Below are positions 1 to 12,049 of a stretch of 64,000 nt of DNA, piece after piece. The stretch is taken from contig NC_043013.1 of the NCBI RefSeq assembly GCF_006345805.1, positions 40,982,001 to 41,046,000 on the forward strand, given 5' to 3'. A program made the translations under genes and the position numbers. The notes beneath the pieces are model-generated. The model was not told the origin of the DNA. It was given only the letters and a program-made list of their open reading frames with translations, and did no database searches. Position 1 is the first letter of the stretch; every line of letters begins with the position of its first letter. The stretch is from Octopus sinensis (Eukaryota).

Positions 1-541
1 TAGAATCCAACCAGTTTCTCTTGTGAATGCATCAGAGAGGACAGTTATCATGCTGTATAAATAACAGCAATAAAGAGGGCATTCATCCAGCTATATCAAA
101 TATTAGTTGTCATACAGATAATTAGCAGTGGAACAGGCACCTGTTTAACTCTATAAATCATAGGAGTAGAGAGATTGTGCATTTAACAAAATTAATAATA
201 GCTAGAAAGAGAGATAGAGAGAGGGAGAGAGCATTCATCCAGCTGCATATAGATAATGGGTAGGTATAATGAGAGGATCTCTGCATAATTACCCAGCCTG
301 TTAGAAATAGCAACCAAATCTCTCTAAAATCTTTTGCCTTATTATTTGATTAAAACCCTTGAAGCCTCACTTTATTATCTTAGGAAAAATAAAAATGGAA
401 ATACATAATGGATAATGTAGATTCAGATACACTTTACCATAGAAACCTTTGACCATAGGTCATGGTTCAGAGCCAACCTGAGATAAATTATATGTTTGTC
501 ATGTGGATGGTTTAACAGGTTACATAAGCATCTATTTAGAT

Positions 542-799
542 CAGTGGTTCTTAACCAATGTTTAATATGGCCCAGGAGAAGGGAAATGTGAGATTTTGTT
601 GTTAAAATTTATGTGTAATAAGTTGTTTATACTTCTACAATACACAAAATATTCTAATTTTTTTATGCAGTTCTTAATAATATTTAATTATAAAAACATA
701 ACAAGATTTAACTTATATCCATTGAATGGCTATAGGGATCCCGTAGAGTAAAACACAAATCAAAGGGACATATGGGCAAAAAATGGTTAAGGACCACTG
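542..799. mobile_element. hAT (Charlie-like) MITE
   Basis: TIRs CAGTGGTTCTTAACCA ... TGGTTAAGGACCACTG (1 mismatch); flanking 8-mers ATTTAGAT/ATTTCTAT (6/8, decayed TSD). Confidence 0.75.
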
Positions 800-841
800 A
801 TTTCTATGTTTATGAAATATATATCTATATTATATATATAT

Positions 842-1152
842 GTGGAGGCGCAATGGCCCAGTGGTTAGGGCAGTGGACTTGCGGTTGGAGGATCGCAATT
901 TTGATTCCCAGACCGAGCGTTGTGTGTGTTTATTGAGCGAAAACACCTAAATGCCCCATGAAGCTTCGGCATGGGGTGGTAGTGACCCCTATTGTACTCT
1001 TTCGCCCCAACTTTCTCTCACTTTTTCTTTCTGTTTCTTGAGTAACTCTGCGATGGACTGGCGTCCCATCCAGCTGGGGGGAACACATACGCCACAGAAA
1101 CCAGGAAGCCGGGCCCATGAACCTGGCTAGGCTTGAAAAGGGCGCATAAATA

Positions 1153-1160
<8 letters not shown>
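842..1160 (+). mobile_element. tRNA-derived SINE between (TA)n tracts
   Basis: Head GGCGCAATGGCCCAGTGGTTAGGGCAGTGGAC with box A and a decayed box B (TTTGATTCCC), followed by a body and an A-rich end. Confidence 0.7.
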
Positions 1161-1185
<25 letters not shown>

Positions 1186-1188
<3 letters not shown>

Positions 1189-1569
1189 TAGAATCTCGCA
1201 GTATGAGTGCACCATTGCATGAGTAGTATGTTGTACAAGCCGAGATTCATGCAAATTTTCGTCTTGAAGTATGAGCAGAAATCCGCAGTACAAGCACATG
1301 GATCATCTCATTTTTAATGTAATTAAGTTAATAAGACCAGTTTACATAATCCTTTTGCATTCTCTTTTTTATAATTGTCCTTTTACATGTAACTACACCA
1401 TTTCTGTTTTAAAACCCATAAAAAATTATTTTTGAGTGATTTTTGGGAATTGGAATGGATATTATATTTTAGTTAATTTCAAATGGGGAAAATTGATCTG
1501 TAAAACAAGCAAATTGTAAGATGAGCTCGGTCATAGAACCAATTAAACTTGTACAGCAAGGGGCCACTG
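1186..1569. mobile_element. Tc1/pogo (Tigger-like) MITE, decayed
   Basis: Ends CAGTAGAATCTCG ... CAAGGGGCCACTG followed by TA; imperfect TIR. Confidence 0.45.
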
Positions 1570-1754
1570 TATATATATATATATAATTTTCTGACTATGT
1601 TGTGAGTTCAAATACTGCCAGAATCAACTTAGCTTTCCATCTTTCTAGGGTTAAGAAAATAAAGAACAAATTAAGTACAAGGGTAAGTGGTATCAATTTA
1701 ATCTCTTTCTGGTCCTGTGCCTAAATTATAACTACTACTATTACTATTAATAAG

Positions 1755-2665
1755 ATGATGAGCTGGCAGAAGTGTTAGTACATCACACAAAATTCTTAGT
1801 GGTATTTCATCTGTCTATGTTCTGAGTTTAAATTCTGCTTAGGTCGACATTGCCTTTCATCTTTTTGGGGTCAATCAAATAAGTACCTGTTGAACATTGG
1901 GGCTGATGTAATCAACTACCCCACCTTCCCACAAATTTCAGACCTTGTGCCTTTAGCAAAAAAGATGATTATTTTTATTATCATCATTATTATAAAAGTG
2001 GTGAGCTGCCAAAATCGTTAGACGAAATACCGTTAAGCATTTCACCCAGCGTGCTGTCACTATGTTCTGAGTTCAAATTCTGGTTCGACCTTGCTTTTCA
2101 TCTTTTCAGGGTTGATGAAATAAATACCAGTCAAGTGCTGGGGGTTGATGTAATTAACTAGTCCTCTCCCCCAAATTTCAATCTTTGTGCCTATAGTAGA
2201 AAGGATTCACCAGTTTGGCTCCTATGCAGGTGGCACATAAAAAGCACCATTTGAATGTGGCCAATGTCAGTACTGCCTGACTGGATCTCGTGTCGGTGGC
2301 AAGTAAAAGCACCCACTACAGCATCCAGCTGTAGAAACTTTGCCAGATCAGATTGGAGCCTGGTACAGCTTTCTGGCTCACCAGCCTTCAGTCAAACCGT
2401 CCATCCCATGCCAAAAAGGAAAGCAGACATTAAATGATAATTATTAAGGTGGGGAGCTGGCAGAACCGTTAGCATGCTGGGCAAAATGCTTAGAAGTATT
2501 TTGTCCGTCACTATGTTCTGAGACCAAATTTGACGAGGTCGACTTTGCCTTTCATCCTTTTGAGGTCAATGAAATGAGTACCAGCGAAACACTGGGTGGA
2601 AATGTAATCAACTAGTCCCTTCCCTCAAAATTTCAGGCCTTGTGCCTATAGTAGAAAGGCTTATT
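1755..2665 (+). mobile_element. Cluster of three tRNA-derived SINE copies (family B) plus an RTE-tail repeat (about 2215-2435)
   Basis: Repeated GGTGAGCTGGCAGAA...GTTCTGAGTTCAAATT...GTCGAC(T/C)TTGCCTTTCATCC...CTTGTGCCT(A/T)TAG at about 1760, 2000 and 2450, separated by (ATT)-like tails. Confidence 0.8.
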
Positions 2666-3182
2666 ATATAAGGAGGAATATAACACCAGTCTGCACCACC
2701 CCACATACATACACCATCCTCTGACACTTCAATGCCTTCCACCATTCTGCTACACCTCTTCCCTCCACTACCTTTCAGCTCTGAAAATAACAGAAATACC
2801 ATAACATTTCACAGCATGACCAACAATGAATAAATAAAAACTGATAAATGACACTTTTCCATATGTTTTACTTTTCATATCACAATTAGTTAACAATGGC
2901 ATCATTAGTTACAAGTTTCCAATGGCCTGTTCCTAGTTCAAAGCTCTTCTGACTGTAAGGTGTCGAGGGAGTGTCTTTAACTCAATGCCGAACAAATATG
3001 TCGAGCGACTTGGTGAATTCCAACTGTTGGTGAGGAAAACCAAGACCAGTGCTTCATGAACAAATGACTGATAAGCACACAAAAAATGTAAATGTGTGTG
3101 CAAATACAATGCATAAGTGTGTGTGTGTGTGTGGTATGTGTGCAAATACATGTATGTGTAAGTACATATCTGTGTGTGTGAG

Positions 3183-3500
3183 AAGGCAAATGGGTTTGTG
3201 GCTAGGGTATGCAGCTTATGACTGTAAGGTCATAAGTTTGAACCCTGGCAACACACTGTGTCCTTGAGCAAGACACTTTATTTCACGTTGCTCCAGTCCA
3301 CTCAGCTGGCAAAAATGAGTTGTACCTGTATTTCAAAGTCTTAGTCTTGTCCCGTTCTGTGTCATGCCAAATCTTATTGAGAACTCCTTTAAGGGTATGC
3401 ATGTCTGTGGAGTGCTCAGCCAACTACACATTAATTTCATGAGCAGGCTGTTCCATTGAATGGATCAACTAGAACCTTTGTCATTGTAACCAACAGAATG
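3183..3500 (+). mobile_element. tRNA-derived SINE (distinct family)
   Basis: tRNA-like head followed by GTGTCCTTGAGCAAGACACTTTA and CAGTCCACTCAGCTG body motifs; flanked by (TG)n/(CA)n. Confidence 0.6.
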
Positions 3501-4140
3501 CCAATTCACACACACACACACACATATATATGCAGATACATATATATACATACATAAATATACACACTAGATGAGGTACCCCATCTTGTCCAGATGTTGA
3601 AATTTGGTTTTCTTTTTGCCCCACCCAGATTTATTATTTGATTGACTCTTCATTTAATGAAGAGTCAATCAAATAATAAATCTGCCCACCCCCATGAACC
3701 TTAAATGTTGGCATCCATCCTTCTTGCACAAGGCCTCTAGTTTCAAATTAAGTCCTTTATAAGTAAGGTTTCTATTATACATATACGTACACATGCATAC
3801 ATTCAAGATTAAACATAAAATTAGCCTAATTCCCAAAACGTAAAACTTGTATATTTTATAAGCAAATTTGTATGTAAAACAATTAGCATTTGTTGATTTA
3901 CCATTGAACAGGACGTGGAATGTTATGGCAATTCTAATAGTTCCATATCTGTAAAGCAAAGCTATGGCAGAGATATGGAAGAATGGGTTTGACATTGAAA
4001 TGTCAGAGTGACGGTAGTGGTGATGGTGATGACATTGAATTGTTAAGGTGGTGGTGGTCAAGATAATGATGGTGGTAGTGGTGGTGATAGTGATAGCAGT
4101 TGTGTTGGAGTGATGTTACAATCTTTGGTTAATAATTCTT

Positions 4141-4491
4141 TATCCTTTCTCAACCATTTTTTTACCTACGGACCCCTTTGATCACTATTTTCTTCTGGTG
4201 GGGCCCCCATAGCCATTCCATGTTTAAAAACTAGTTTTATAGGACCTTATTTCAAAATTCCTATTTTGTTATTCACACATAAACTTGTGTAGGTTGAACT
4301 AGGTAAAATATTAGGGAAAGAAACCCAGCTATTTCTTGCAATACATACCAATACATACATCTAAAGCAAAAATTTTTCAGAGGCCCTTAAAACACTACTT
4401 TGGGTCCTAAATTTACTACTTTGTTGCATGAATCCCTAAAAATTTTATATGGACCCTCAAGGGCCACATGCACCTCCGTTGAGAACCACTG
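4141..4491. mobile_element. hAT (Charlie-like) MITE, same family as 542-799
   Basis: Right TIR GTTGAGAACCACTG; left end eroded (TTCTCAACC); internal CCCTTTGAT...ATAGCCATTC matches the reverse complement of the 542-799 copy. Confidence 0.65.
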
Positions 4492-4730
4492 ACTCATATA
4501 GACACAAGGCCTGAGATTTTTTGGGGGAAGGAGTTAGTTGATTACATTGACAAAGTGCTTAGCCAGTACTTGTTCTGTTGACCTCACCACTCCTGAAAGG
4601 ATGTAAAAGGCAAAGTCGACTTCAGCAGAATTTGAACACAGAATGTAAAAAAAAAACTGGAAGAAATGCCACTGAGCATTTTTCCTGGTGTGCTAACAAT
4701 TCGGCCAGCTTGCCACTTTTCTTGGATTAA

Positions 4731-4933
4731 CCCTTTAACATTCAGATTATTGTCAAATGTAGTGTTTATTTATTCACATAATCATGCATTATGTTATTGC
4801 TTTGAGATTTTGCTGATGTGATCATTTTTAGAATGACATTGTAGGATAGGTGTGAGTAGCCTGATCTAGTTAGATTGAAGATAAAATAGGTAGGATATTT
4901 TGGCTGAATATGGCCAGATTGAATGCTAAAGGG
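4731..4933. mobile_element. piggyBac-type MITE
   Basis: TTAA|CCCTTTAACATTCA ... TGAATGCTAAAGGG|TTAA. Confidence 0.8.
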
Positions 4934-5339
4934 TTAATAATAAAATATCCACCGACTACTGTTAAAATGTGTTTGTGCAGTTGTCCCTAATCCTTTTTAG
5001 CACTCCAGACTGGGGGATTGTACACATAAAACAACAAGGTGCATAATATATAAGTTAATTATTACATATATAATCTTTTACTTGTTTCAGTCATTAGACT
5101 GCGGCCATGCTGGGGCACTGCCTCGAAGAATTTTTAGTCAAATGAATTGACCCCAGTACTTTTTTTCTTTTCAGCATAGTATTATTTTATCTGCCTCTTT
5201 TGCTGAACCACTAAGTTACAGGGATGTAAACACACCAACACCACTTGATCAGCAGTGGACGCTGAACACAGACTCAAAGACAACACACAGATATATATAT
5301 ATATATATATATATTTTGATATATATATATCAATGGCCC

Positions 5340-5400
5340 GATAACTGAAGAGATGGCGGTGTGGTTTTCCGCCCTGACATCCAAAACTTAGAGTTTTATC
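5340..5400 (+). ncRNA. Decayed type-I hammerhead ribozyme fold (probably inactive)
   Basis: Stem I GATAA/TTATC, core CTGAAGA, stem II GATG..GCGG/CCGC..CATC, AAAAC in place of GAAAC, stem III ACT/AGT, triplet GTT. Confidence 0.5.
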
Positions 5401-6079
5401 ATGGCTATCGAATAATTGTCACATATTATATTTACAGATAAATTCCTCTATTTACATAATATCGAGGTCTTTTTCATTCTTTCGTTGTCTTACCATTTCT
5501 ATCAATATATATATATATACACATATATATATATATATACCGGGTTATTCAAAGAGAATGAACTGATTTCCTTATGCAATATTTCAATAAAGAAAAGCAA
5601 AAGAAAACTCCAGCTAAGTCACAAGTATTTACTCGCAATCAACTTTAATTTCCTGTCTTACAAGTGTCCAGTGTGGCCACCACCTACAGTATGGGCAACA
5701 TCAATGCGATTGACAGAAGTACGCAACTGGTACCTAATTTATCAATCCTGAAAGGATAAAAAGCAAAGACGACCTCAGCGGAATTTGAACTAAAAACATA
5801 TATACAACCATATTACATATACAATACATGTATAATATATAAACAACCTGCTTATTGATATAGTCAATAAAACCGAAATAAACTTTTGCAATTCATTCAT
5901 TCTGTGAGATTTAGTACCAAATACTCCACGAGTGAGTACTGAACTGCAGCCCACTGATTGGGGATCCCTGTGTTAGAGATAACCTTAAGATCAGCTAAGA
6001 TAGATTGTGATTGATTAGGTGTCTGATTGTGTCACCCAGTGGGTAAAGTAAGGGGACAGTTTGGAAGATAGACACACAT

Positions 6080-7210
6080 ATAACATATGTAGAAATACAC
6101 ACATGCATATATACATAGAGATACACACACGATATATGTACAGAAATACACACTTGCATACATACAAAAATATACACGTATACAAGATATACAGAAATAT
6201 ATGCATGTGTATGTTACAAGATACAGGCACACAACATTAACAGAAATGTACATGTGTATACATACACGGAAATATACACAACACAGACAGAGATACACAC
6301 ATACATATGCACAAGATACATACTCATACAGAAATAAGGAATATATACATGCATACATATATACAAGATATACATACATACATAGAAATACACACAATAC
6401 ATACATAACACATACATACACACATAAGTACATAGACACACACGAGTACATAGACACACACGAGTACATAGACACACACGAGTACATAGACACACACGAG
6501 TACATAGACACACACGAGTACATAGACACACATGAGTACATAGACACACATGAGTACATAGACACACACGAGTACATAGACACACATGAGTACATAGACA
6601 CACATAAGTACATAGACACACATAAGTACATAGACACACATAAGTACATAGACACACATAAGTACATAGACACACACAAGTACATACACACACAAGTACA
6701 TACACACACAAGTACATACACACACAAGTACATACATACACACAATACATACATACACCCATAATACATACACAAGTACATACACACACAAGTACATACA
6801 TACACAAGTACATACACACACAAGTACGTACATACACACACAAGTACATACACACACAAGTACATACACACACAAGTACATACACACACAAGTACATACA
6901 CACACAAGTACATACACACACACATAATACATACACACACACATAATACATACATACACCCATAATACATACACAAGTACATACATACACAAGTACATAC
7001 ATACACAAGTACATACATACACAAGTACATACATACACAAGTACATACATACACAAGTACATACATACACAAGTACATACATACACAAGTACATACATAC
7101 ACAAGTACATACATACACAAGTACATACATCATACATAGAGATACAGGCACAAAATATACACAGAAAAACACATATATATACATAACACATACATATATA
7201 CAATACATGT
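6080..7210. repeat. Compound minisatellite derived from (TACA)/(CA)
   Basis: About 14 copies of 18-bp AGTACATAGACACACA(C/T)(G/A) at 6427-6680, then 16-bp AAGTACATACA(C/T)ACAC units to about 7125, with degenerate flanks. Confidence 0.95.
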
Positions 7211-7719
7211 GTGTACAAATACTTGTCTAAACATCAAAACTCCCGTATCATCAACAGAACAAACATAAATATCAAACAAGAGATTAACCTTTAGCTTTTT
7301 GTCAATTTATTTAGTAGATATTTGTCAACATTTGGTATCCCGCTTGCCCTCCACCTTGATTAAACTAAACTAAACTGACCACATACACACACAGATTCCA
7401 TTGCTCTGCAACCCCACTGCCAACCCTGACCCCCGCACAGGTACATCACTGTTTGTATAAAAAGCAGCTAATTTGTATTGGAATAGTGAGAAAAATATTT
7501 GTTAAAATCAGAATTACACACTTACCATTTGCTGATCACTTTTGTTATGTATTTGGACACCCGCACACTTCACTTTTCAGTTACATTAAACAATCCGGCA
7601 CTCTTTCCTATTTCTTTTTCTTTTTTTTTTTCCCTTTTACATATTCCAACACTTTCATAAGCATCTATAATCTCTAAATATATTAGTTTTAACAAGACTA
7701 ACCAGTTTGGTATGTAAGA

Positions 7720-7930
7720 AAGACAGAGAGAGAGAGAGAGAAGCATGAAAGAGAAAGAGAGAATAGCAGATCGGAGAGAATAGCATATGGAGAGAGGGAG
7801 AGAACAGTATCTGAAGAGAATGAGAGAGAAAGAGAGAGAGAGAAAGATAGAAACTAAAAGAGAGAAAATAGCATCTAGAGAGAAAATAGAGACAGAGAGA
7901 GTGTGTAGCATGTAAGAGAGCAAGAGGGAA
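7720..7930. repeat. Degenerate (GA)n low-complexity tract
   Basis: Purine-rich tract with recurring GAGAGAATAGCA-like motifs. Confidence 0.85.
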
Positions 7931-8649
7931 GGATACTTGCGTAAATAGTAATAGCAATAAGCTTGTATAATAATAAATATTAATATATTTATTATATACC
8001 TGTACAACCCAGGTAAACAGAAACACTGATATAATTATACAATATAATGCCTAATCACAGAAACAGTGTCTATAATATTACTCTTTTATGATCTCTGCAT
8101 GTAAAGTGGGAACAAAATTAAAGACTGTAATAGTCTAATTAAGACTATTATACACACAACGTATATATGCATGTGTATTTTTTATTTATAGGATGACTGA
8201 TATATTATAGTATGAAATCAGACATATAATCTATTGTAGAAAAGTGGACACAAAATGTTGACAAGTCAATCCCCGTTATCAGCCATCTCTCCTATCTTCA
8301 TTGCTATCCAGTGCTGTCTTAGCAACATTACAGGCCATACCAGGCAAATCAATGCACAGGGTCCTATAATATGTATTGATCGACCTGGGAAATGCAAGCA
8401 CAGGATTGCCCTGCCTGATGTAGCAGCACCAACAGGTGCAACCACCTTCGAACAGAATAGGATCACGGGAGCACAAAGATGACATGAGCTGTGAGTCCAG
8501 AGCCACCTTCTTGCTGTCATTACCAGCACATCACCTGTGGCAAAACCTGAGCATGCATTGGCCTGATTGGCCAAATCTGGACTCTGTGACCCATCTTCTC
8601 CCATGTGATGTCTCTGATAATTGTTCAGAATGACAGAAGAAGATGCAAA

Positions 8650-9236
8650 CATTATTATTATTATTATTATTATTATTGAGTGAGAGCAGTGCATGCCATC
8701 AAAGTGATACTGGGGTAAAATACATGAAGCCCAGTATACCCATCATGGCTACCCATCTGATAAGGGTACACTAGGCACATGCATCACAACCATATGTGTG
8801 CGAAATGGTGATCTCATATCAAGATAAACAGTGCATGACCTTGCAGGCGAGGCCCAGTTAGAATTTTCTTCTGGTCGAGTAACCCATCCTGCTCAAAAGG
8901 TCCCTCAATAAGGGTTGCTTAAGGATGTTGAACGAAACACCGATGTTTCCAGAGGTGAATTATTCAAACCCCAAAGAATCCCTCTCAACACATCGCTATG
9001 ATGCTCCCCCACTACTTCTGCTCGTGATCAGAGATGCACATATCGTCAGCCACTAAGGGACATACTCAACTGGTTAAGGTCAAACAACTGACAAGCAAAT
9101 CTGTGTTATTGAGCAGAATATTTTGCTGTAGCCCATCTTTTATACCAAGACAAAACAATGTACATAACACTTCCGATCAGTTAAGATCAGAAGCCACGAG
9201 AGCCACTGCATCAGGGCATTATTATTATTATTATTA
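8650..9236. mobile_element. Unclassified interspersed repeat bounded by (ATT)n tracts
   Basis: About 540 bp of higher-GC sequence between two (ATT)n runs; no recognisable coding motif. Confidence 0.4.
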
Positions 9237-9629
9237 AGGTGGTGAGTTGGCAGAATTGCTAGTACACCATTTAGTTAGTCCCATTTAGAGAAGTATTATG
9301 CTCTCAGTTGCTTATATATCATGGAAAGCATATCAAGATTTAGCCCCAGTAAGCCTGTAGGCTTGTGATAAACTTAAGGTCCATCAAAATCATCATTGTT
9401 TTAACCTGCTCTTTTACATGCTTACATGGATTAGACAGAATTCACTGAAGTAGATAATCCACTGGTGGAGGCCCTTCTTGTCCCCGAACCCTCATTAGTT
9501 TTCAAGTAAGGTAATATTTCTCCATGGCTGATCATTTTACCACAAGTGAATTGAAATGAGTGGCACTGCTTCTTGTTTACTATCAAGTGATGTAAGACAA
9601 GGAGACATAAACAAACCAACACACACACA

Positions 9630-10290
9630 CACACACAAGGCCAGCCATTTTGGAGCAGGGAGTAAGTTGAAAGCATCAACTCCAGTGCTCAACTGTTATT
9701 TTATCGACCCTAAAAGGATGAAAGGCAAAGTTGACCTCAGCAGATTTGAACTCAAAACGTAAAGAGAGACAAAATACTACTAAGTATTTTGCTTGATGCG
9801 CTAACAATTCTGCTAGTTTCCTACCTTCATAATAATAATAATCCTTTCTACTATAGGCACAAAGCTTAAAATTTGGTGGGAGGGAATCAGTAGATTAGAT
9901 CGACCCCTGTACACAACTGGTACTCAATTCATTGACCCTGAAAGGATGAAAAGCAAAGTCGACCTTGGCGGAATTTGAACACAGAACGTAAAGAGTGACA
10001 AAATACCACTAAGAATTTCGCCCGACATGCTAACGATTCTGCCAGCTCACTGCCTTCATAATAAAAGCAACAACAATGGTTTCAAATTTTGGTATAATGC
10101 CAGCAATTTCAGGGAGTTGGTAAGTTGATTCCATTGAATCCAGTGCTCAACTGGTACTTTTTATTGACCCTAAGAGGATGAAAGAGAAAGTTGACCTCGG
10201 TGGAATTTGAACTCAGAACAAAGTCAAATGAAATGCTGCTAAACATTTTGCCCAGCATGCTGACAGTTCTGCCAGCTCGATGTCTTAATA
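9630..10290 (-). mobile_element. Three tandem family-B SINE copies
   Basis: Reverse complement of the 1755-2665 family, repeated three times (GAAAGGATGAAAG...GTCGACCT...GAATTTGAACTCA...GCCAGCTC). Confidence 0.8.
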
Positions 10291-10863
10291 GCGTAGTGTT
10301 AATGCTATTTATCTCTTATTGGATATTTGGGTGTATCTCTACATTCATACACCAGTGAAAGCCTACTTCAATGTATATTTTCATAAATCCCTGTACAATA
10401 CTATTCAGTCCTATAACTACACTGCTTTCCTCTAAAATGTCTCCCACATAGCAGAAATACAGAGGCATGAATACACCTGTAACATTACATATTATCCAAT
10501 GTAAACAGAGATCTACTGATTAGAAATATTTATGAATTAGTGAGTATCCATGGTGAATCTACGGCTTTTAAATGTTCAGCTTTATAGTTAATTACTTGCT
10601 GTAATCTACCTTTAAATGGAGTAAAGTAACTGAATAAAATACATGTTCCTCTTTAGGAGTGGCTGTGCGTTAAGTAGCTTGCTTACGAACCACATGGTTA
10701 CAGGTTCAGTCCTGCTGTGTGGCACCTTGGGCAAGTGTCTTCTGCTATAGCCTTGAGCCGACCAAAGCCTTGTGAGTGGATTTGGTAGACGGAAACTGAA
10801 AGAAACCCGTCATATATATATATATATATATACGCGAGAAAGAAGCAACAAGAATGGATAGGT

Positions 10864-10954
10864 TTTTAGTACAATCGTTTCATACAAGGACAGGCTTTAT
10901 TAAATGTTGCAAAAATTACAGCATATAAACGTGTCCCGTACTCATCAGCTAAAA
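10864..10954 (-). ncRNA. Type-I hammerhead ribozyme (copy 1)
   Basis: Reverse-complement identical to 11294-11384. Confidence 0.8.
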
Positions 10955-11293
10955 TACATGTGAGTTCTCTAGACATCCTAGTGGTTAATTCACCCTCTCT
11001 GTAATGCTAATAAGCAGGAATTGAGACCCACCTCGTTGTGATTAACAATGGATAAATTTGTCGTCTGTGAGTATGTAATCCCTCCTCATATCTCTGGAAA
11101 TTCATATGTGCACTATGGATTAGGTCACCTTCTCTGTGGTGCTATTAAAACTTTTTTAAAATTCTGTGATAAGACTGTACATCATCTTTAAAGAACTTTA
11201 ATGAACTTTGGAAATCTGTTTATGTTACTTAATTATCTACATACTTCATGAGTATAGCCTCAACCACTAGGATGTCTAGAGAACTCACATGTA

Positions 11294-11384
11294 TTTTAGC
11301 TGATGAGTACGGGACACGTTTATATGCTGTAATTTTTGCAACATTTAATAAAGCCTGTCCTTGTATGAAACGATTGTACTAAAA
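11294..11384 (+). ncRNA. Type-I hammerhead ribozyme (copy 2)
   Basis: Stem I TTTTAG/CTAAAA; core CTGATGA (11300-11306); stem II GTACGGGACA/TGTCCTTGTAT, extended by ATGCTGTAA/TTGCAACAT; GAAAC (11367-11371); minimal near-palindromic stem III ACGATTGT; triplet GTA, predicted cut after 11378. Confidence 0.8.
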
Positions 11385-11804
11385 ACCTATCCATTCTTGT
11401 TGCTTCTTTCTCGCTTATAATCACCCCACATTACTGTATTGTTAAAACAGTATAGTTTTTTTTTTTTTTTGGTGCATCTAAGTTAGGTACCATATTCAAG
11501 TAAATTCGTTTAAATTAACTTGAATCTTTATTGCTTTTTATATATATATATATATATATTATATACGTGTGTATATGTTTGTGTGACTGTGTTTGTCCCC
11601 CTAAATTCGCTTGACAACTGATGCTAGTGTGCTTACATCCTCATAAATTAGCGGTTCAGCAAAAGAGACCAATATAATAAGTACTAAGCTTATAAAGAAT
11701 AAGTCCTGGGGTTGATTTGCTCGACTAAAGGTAGTGCTCCAGTATGGCCACAGTCAAATGACTGAAACTAGTAAAAGAAGAAAATAAAAGAATTTATTAT
11801 TTAA

Positions 11805-12031
11805 CCATTTGGCATTTGAAACTGGCCATATCTGACCCAAATATTCAACCTGTTTTATGCTCAGACTGGCCAGATCTGGACCCTCGTACCATACCATACC
11901 CTACCATGTCATTCTAAAAATATACAATCAAGTCATCAAAATCCCAAAGCTACGAGATAATGAATGATAAATTTAAAACAATATGAATTAATAAGCATTA
12001 CATTTGACAGAGTAATCTGAATGCTAAAGGG
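11805..12031. mobile_element. piggyBac-type MITE, same family as 4731-4933
   Basis: TTAA|CCATTTGGCATT ... GAATGCTAAAGGG|CTAA; internal sequence is an inverted match to the 4731 copy. Confidence 0.7.
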
Positions 12032-12049
12032 CTAAACATGGTTTCTTTG

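Larger units (their letters stand above)
10834..11414. mobile_element. Penelope-like terminal-repeat remnant in inverted arrangement (153-bp arms, 275-bp spacer)
   Basis: 10834-10986 is the exact reverse complement of 11262-11414; each arm carries a hammerhead; insertion is next to (TA)n. The PLE assignment is inferred from the hammerhead type and the inverted layout. Confidence 0.7.
10657..11790 (+). mobile_element. tRNA-derived SINE (family C) split at its internal (TA)n
   Basis: Head GGAGTGGCTGTGCGTTAAGTAGCTTGC...GGAAACTGAAAGAAACCCGT at 10657-10811; 3' half TTTGTCCCCC...ATGACTGAAACTAGTAAAAG at about 11570-11790; the intact family is seen at 14720-15105 and 35590-35960. Confidence 0.8.

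Noticed and set aside
6032-7218. ORFs of 187-364 aa (MYLCVYV.., HEYIDT repeats)
   Set aside because: Translations of a stop-free minisatellite; not evidence of a gene.
8266-8694. 142-aa minus-strand ORF
   Set aside because: It runs through an (ATT)n tract and has no recognisable domain or splice structure; it may be LINE debris.
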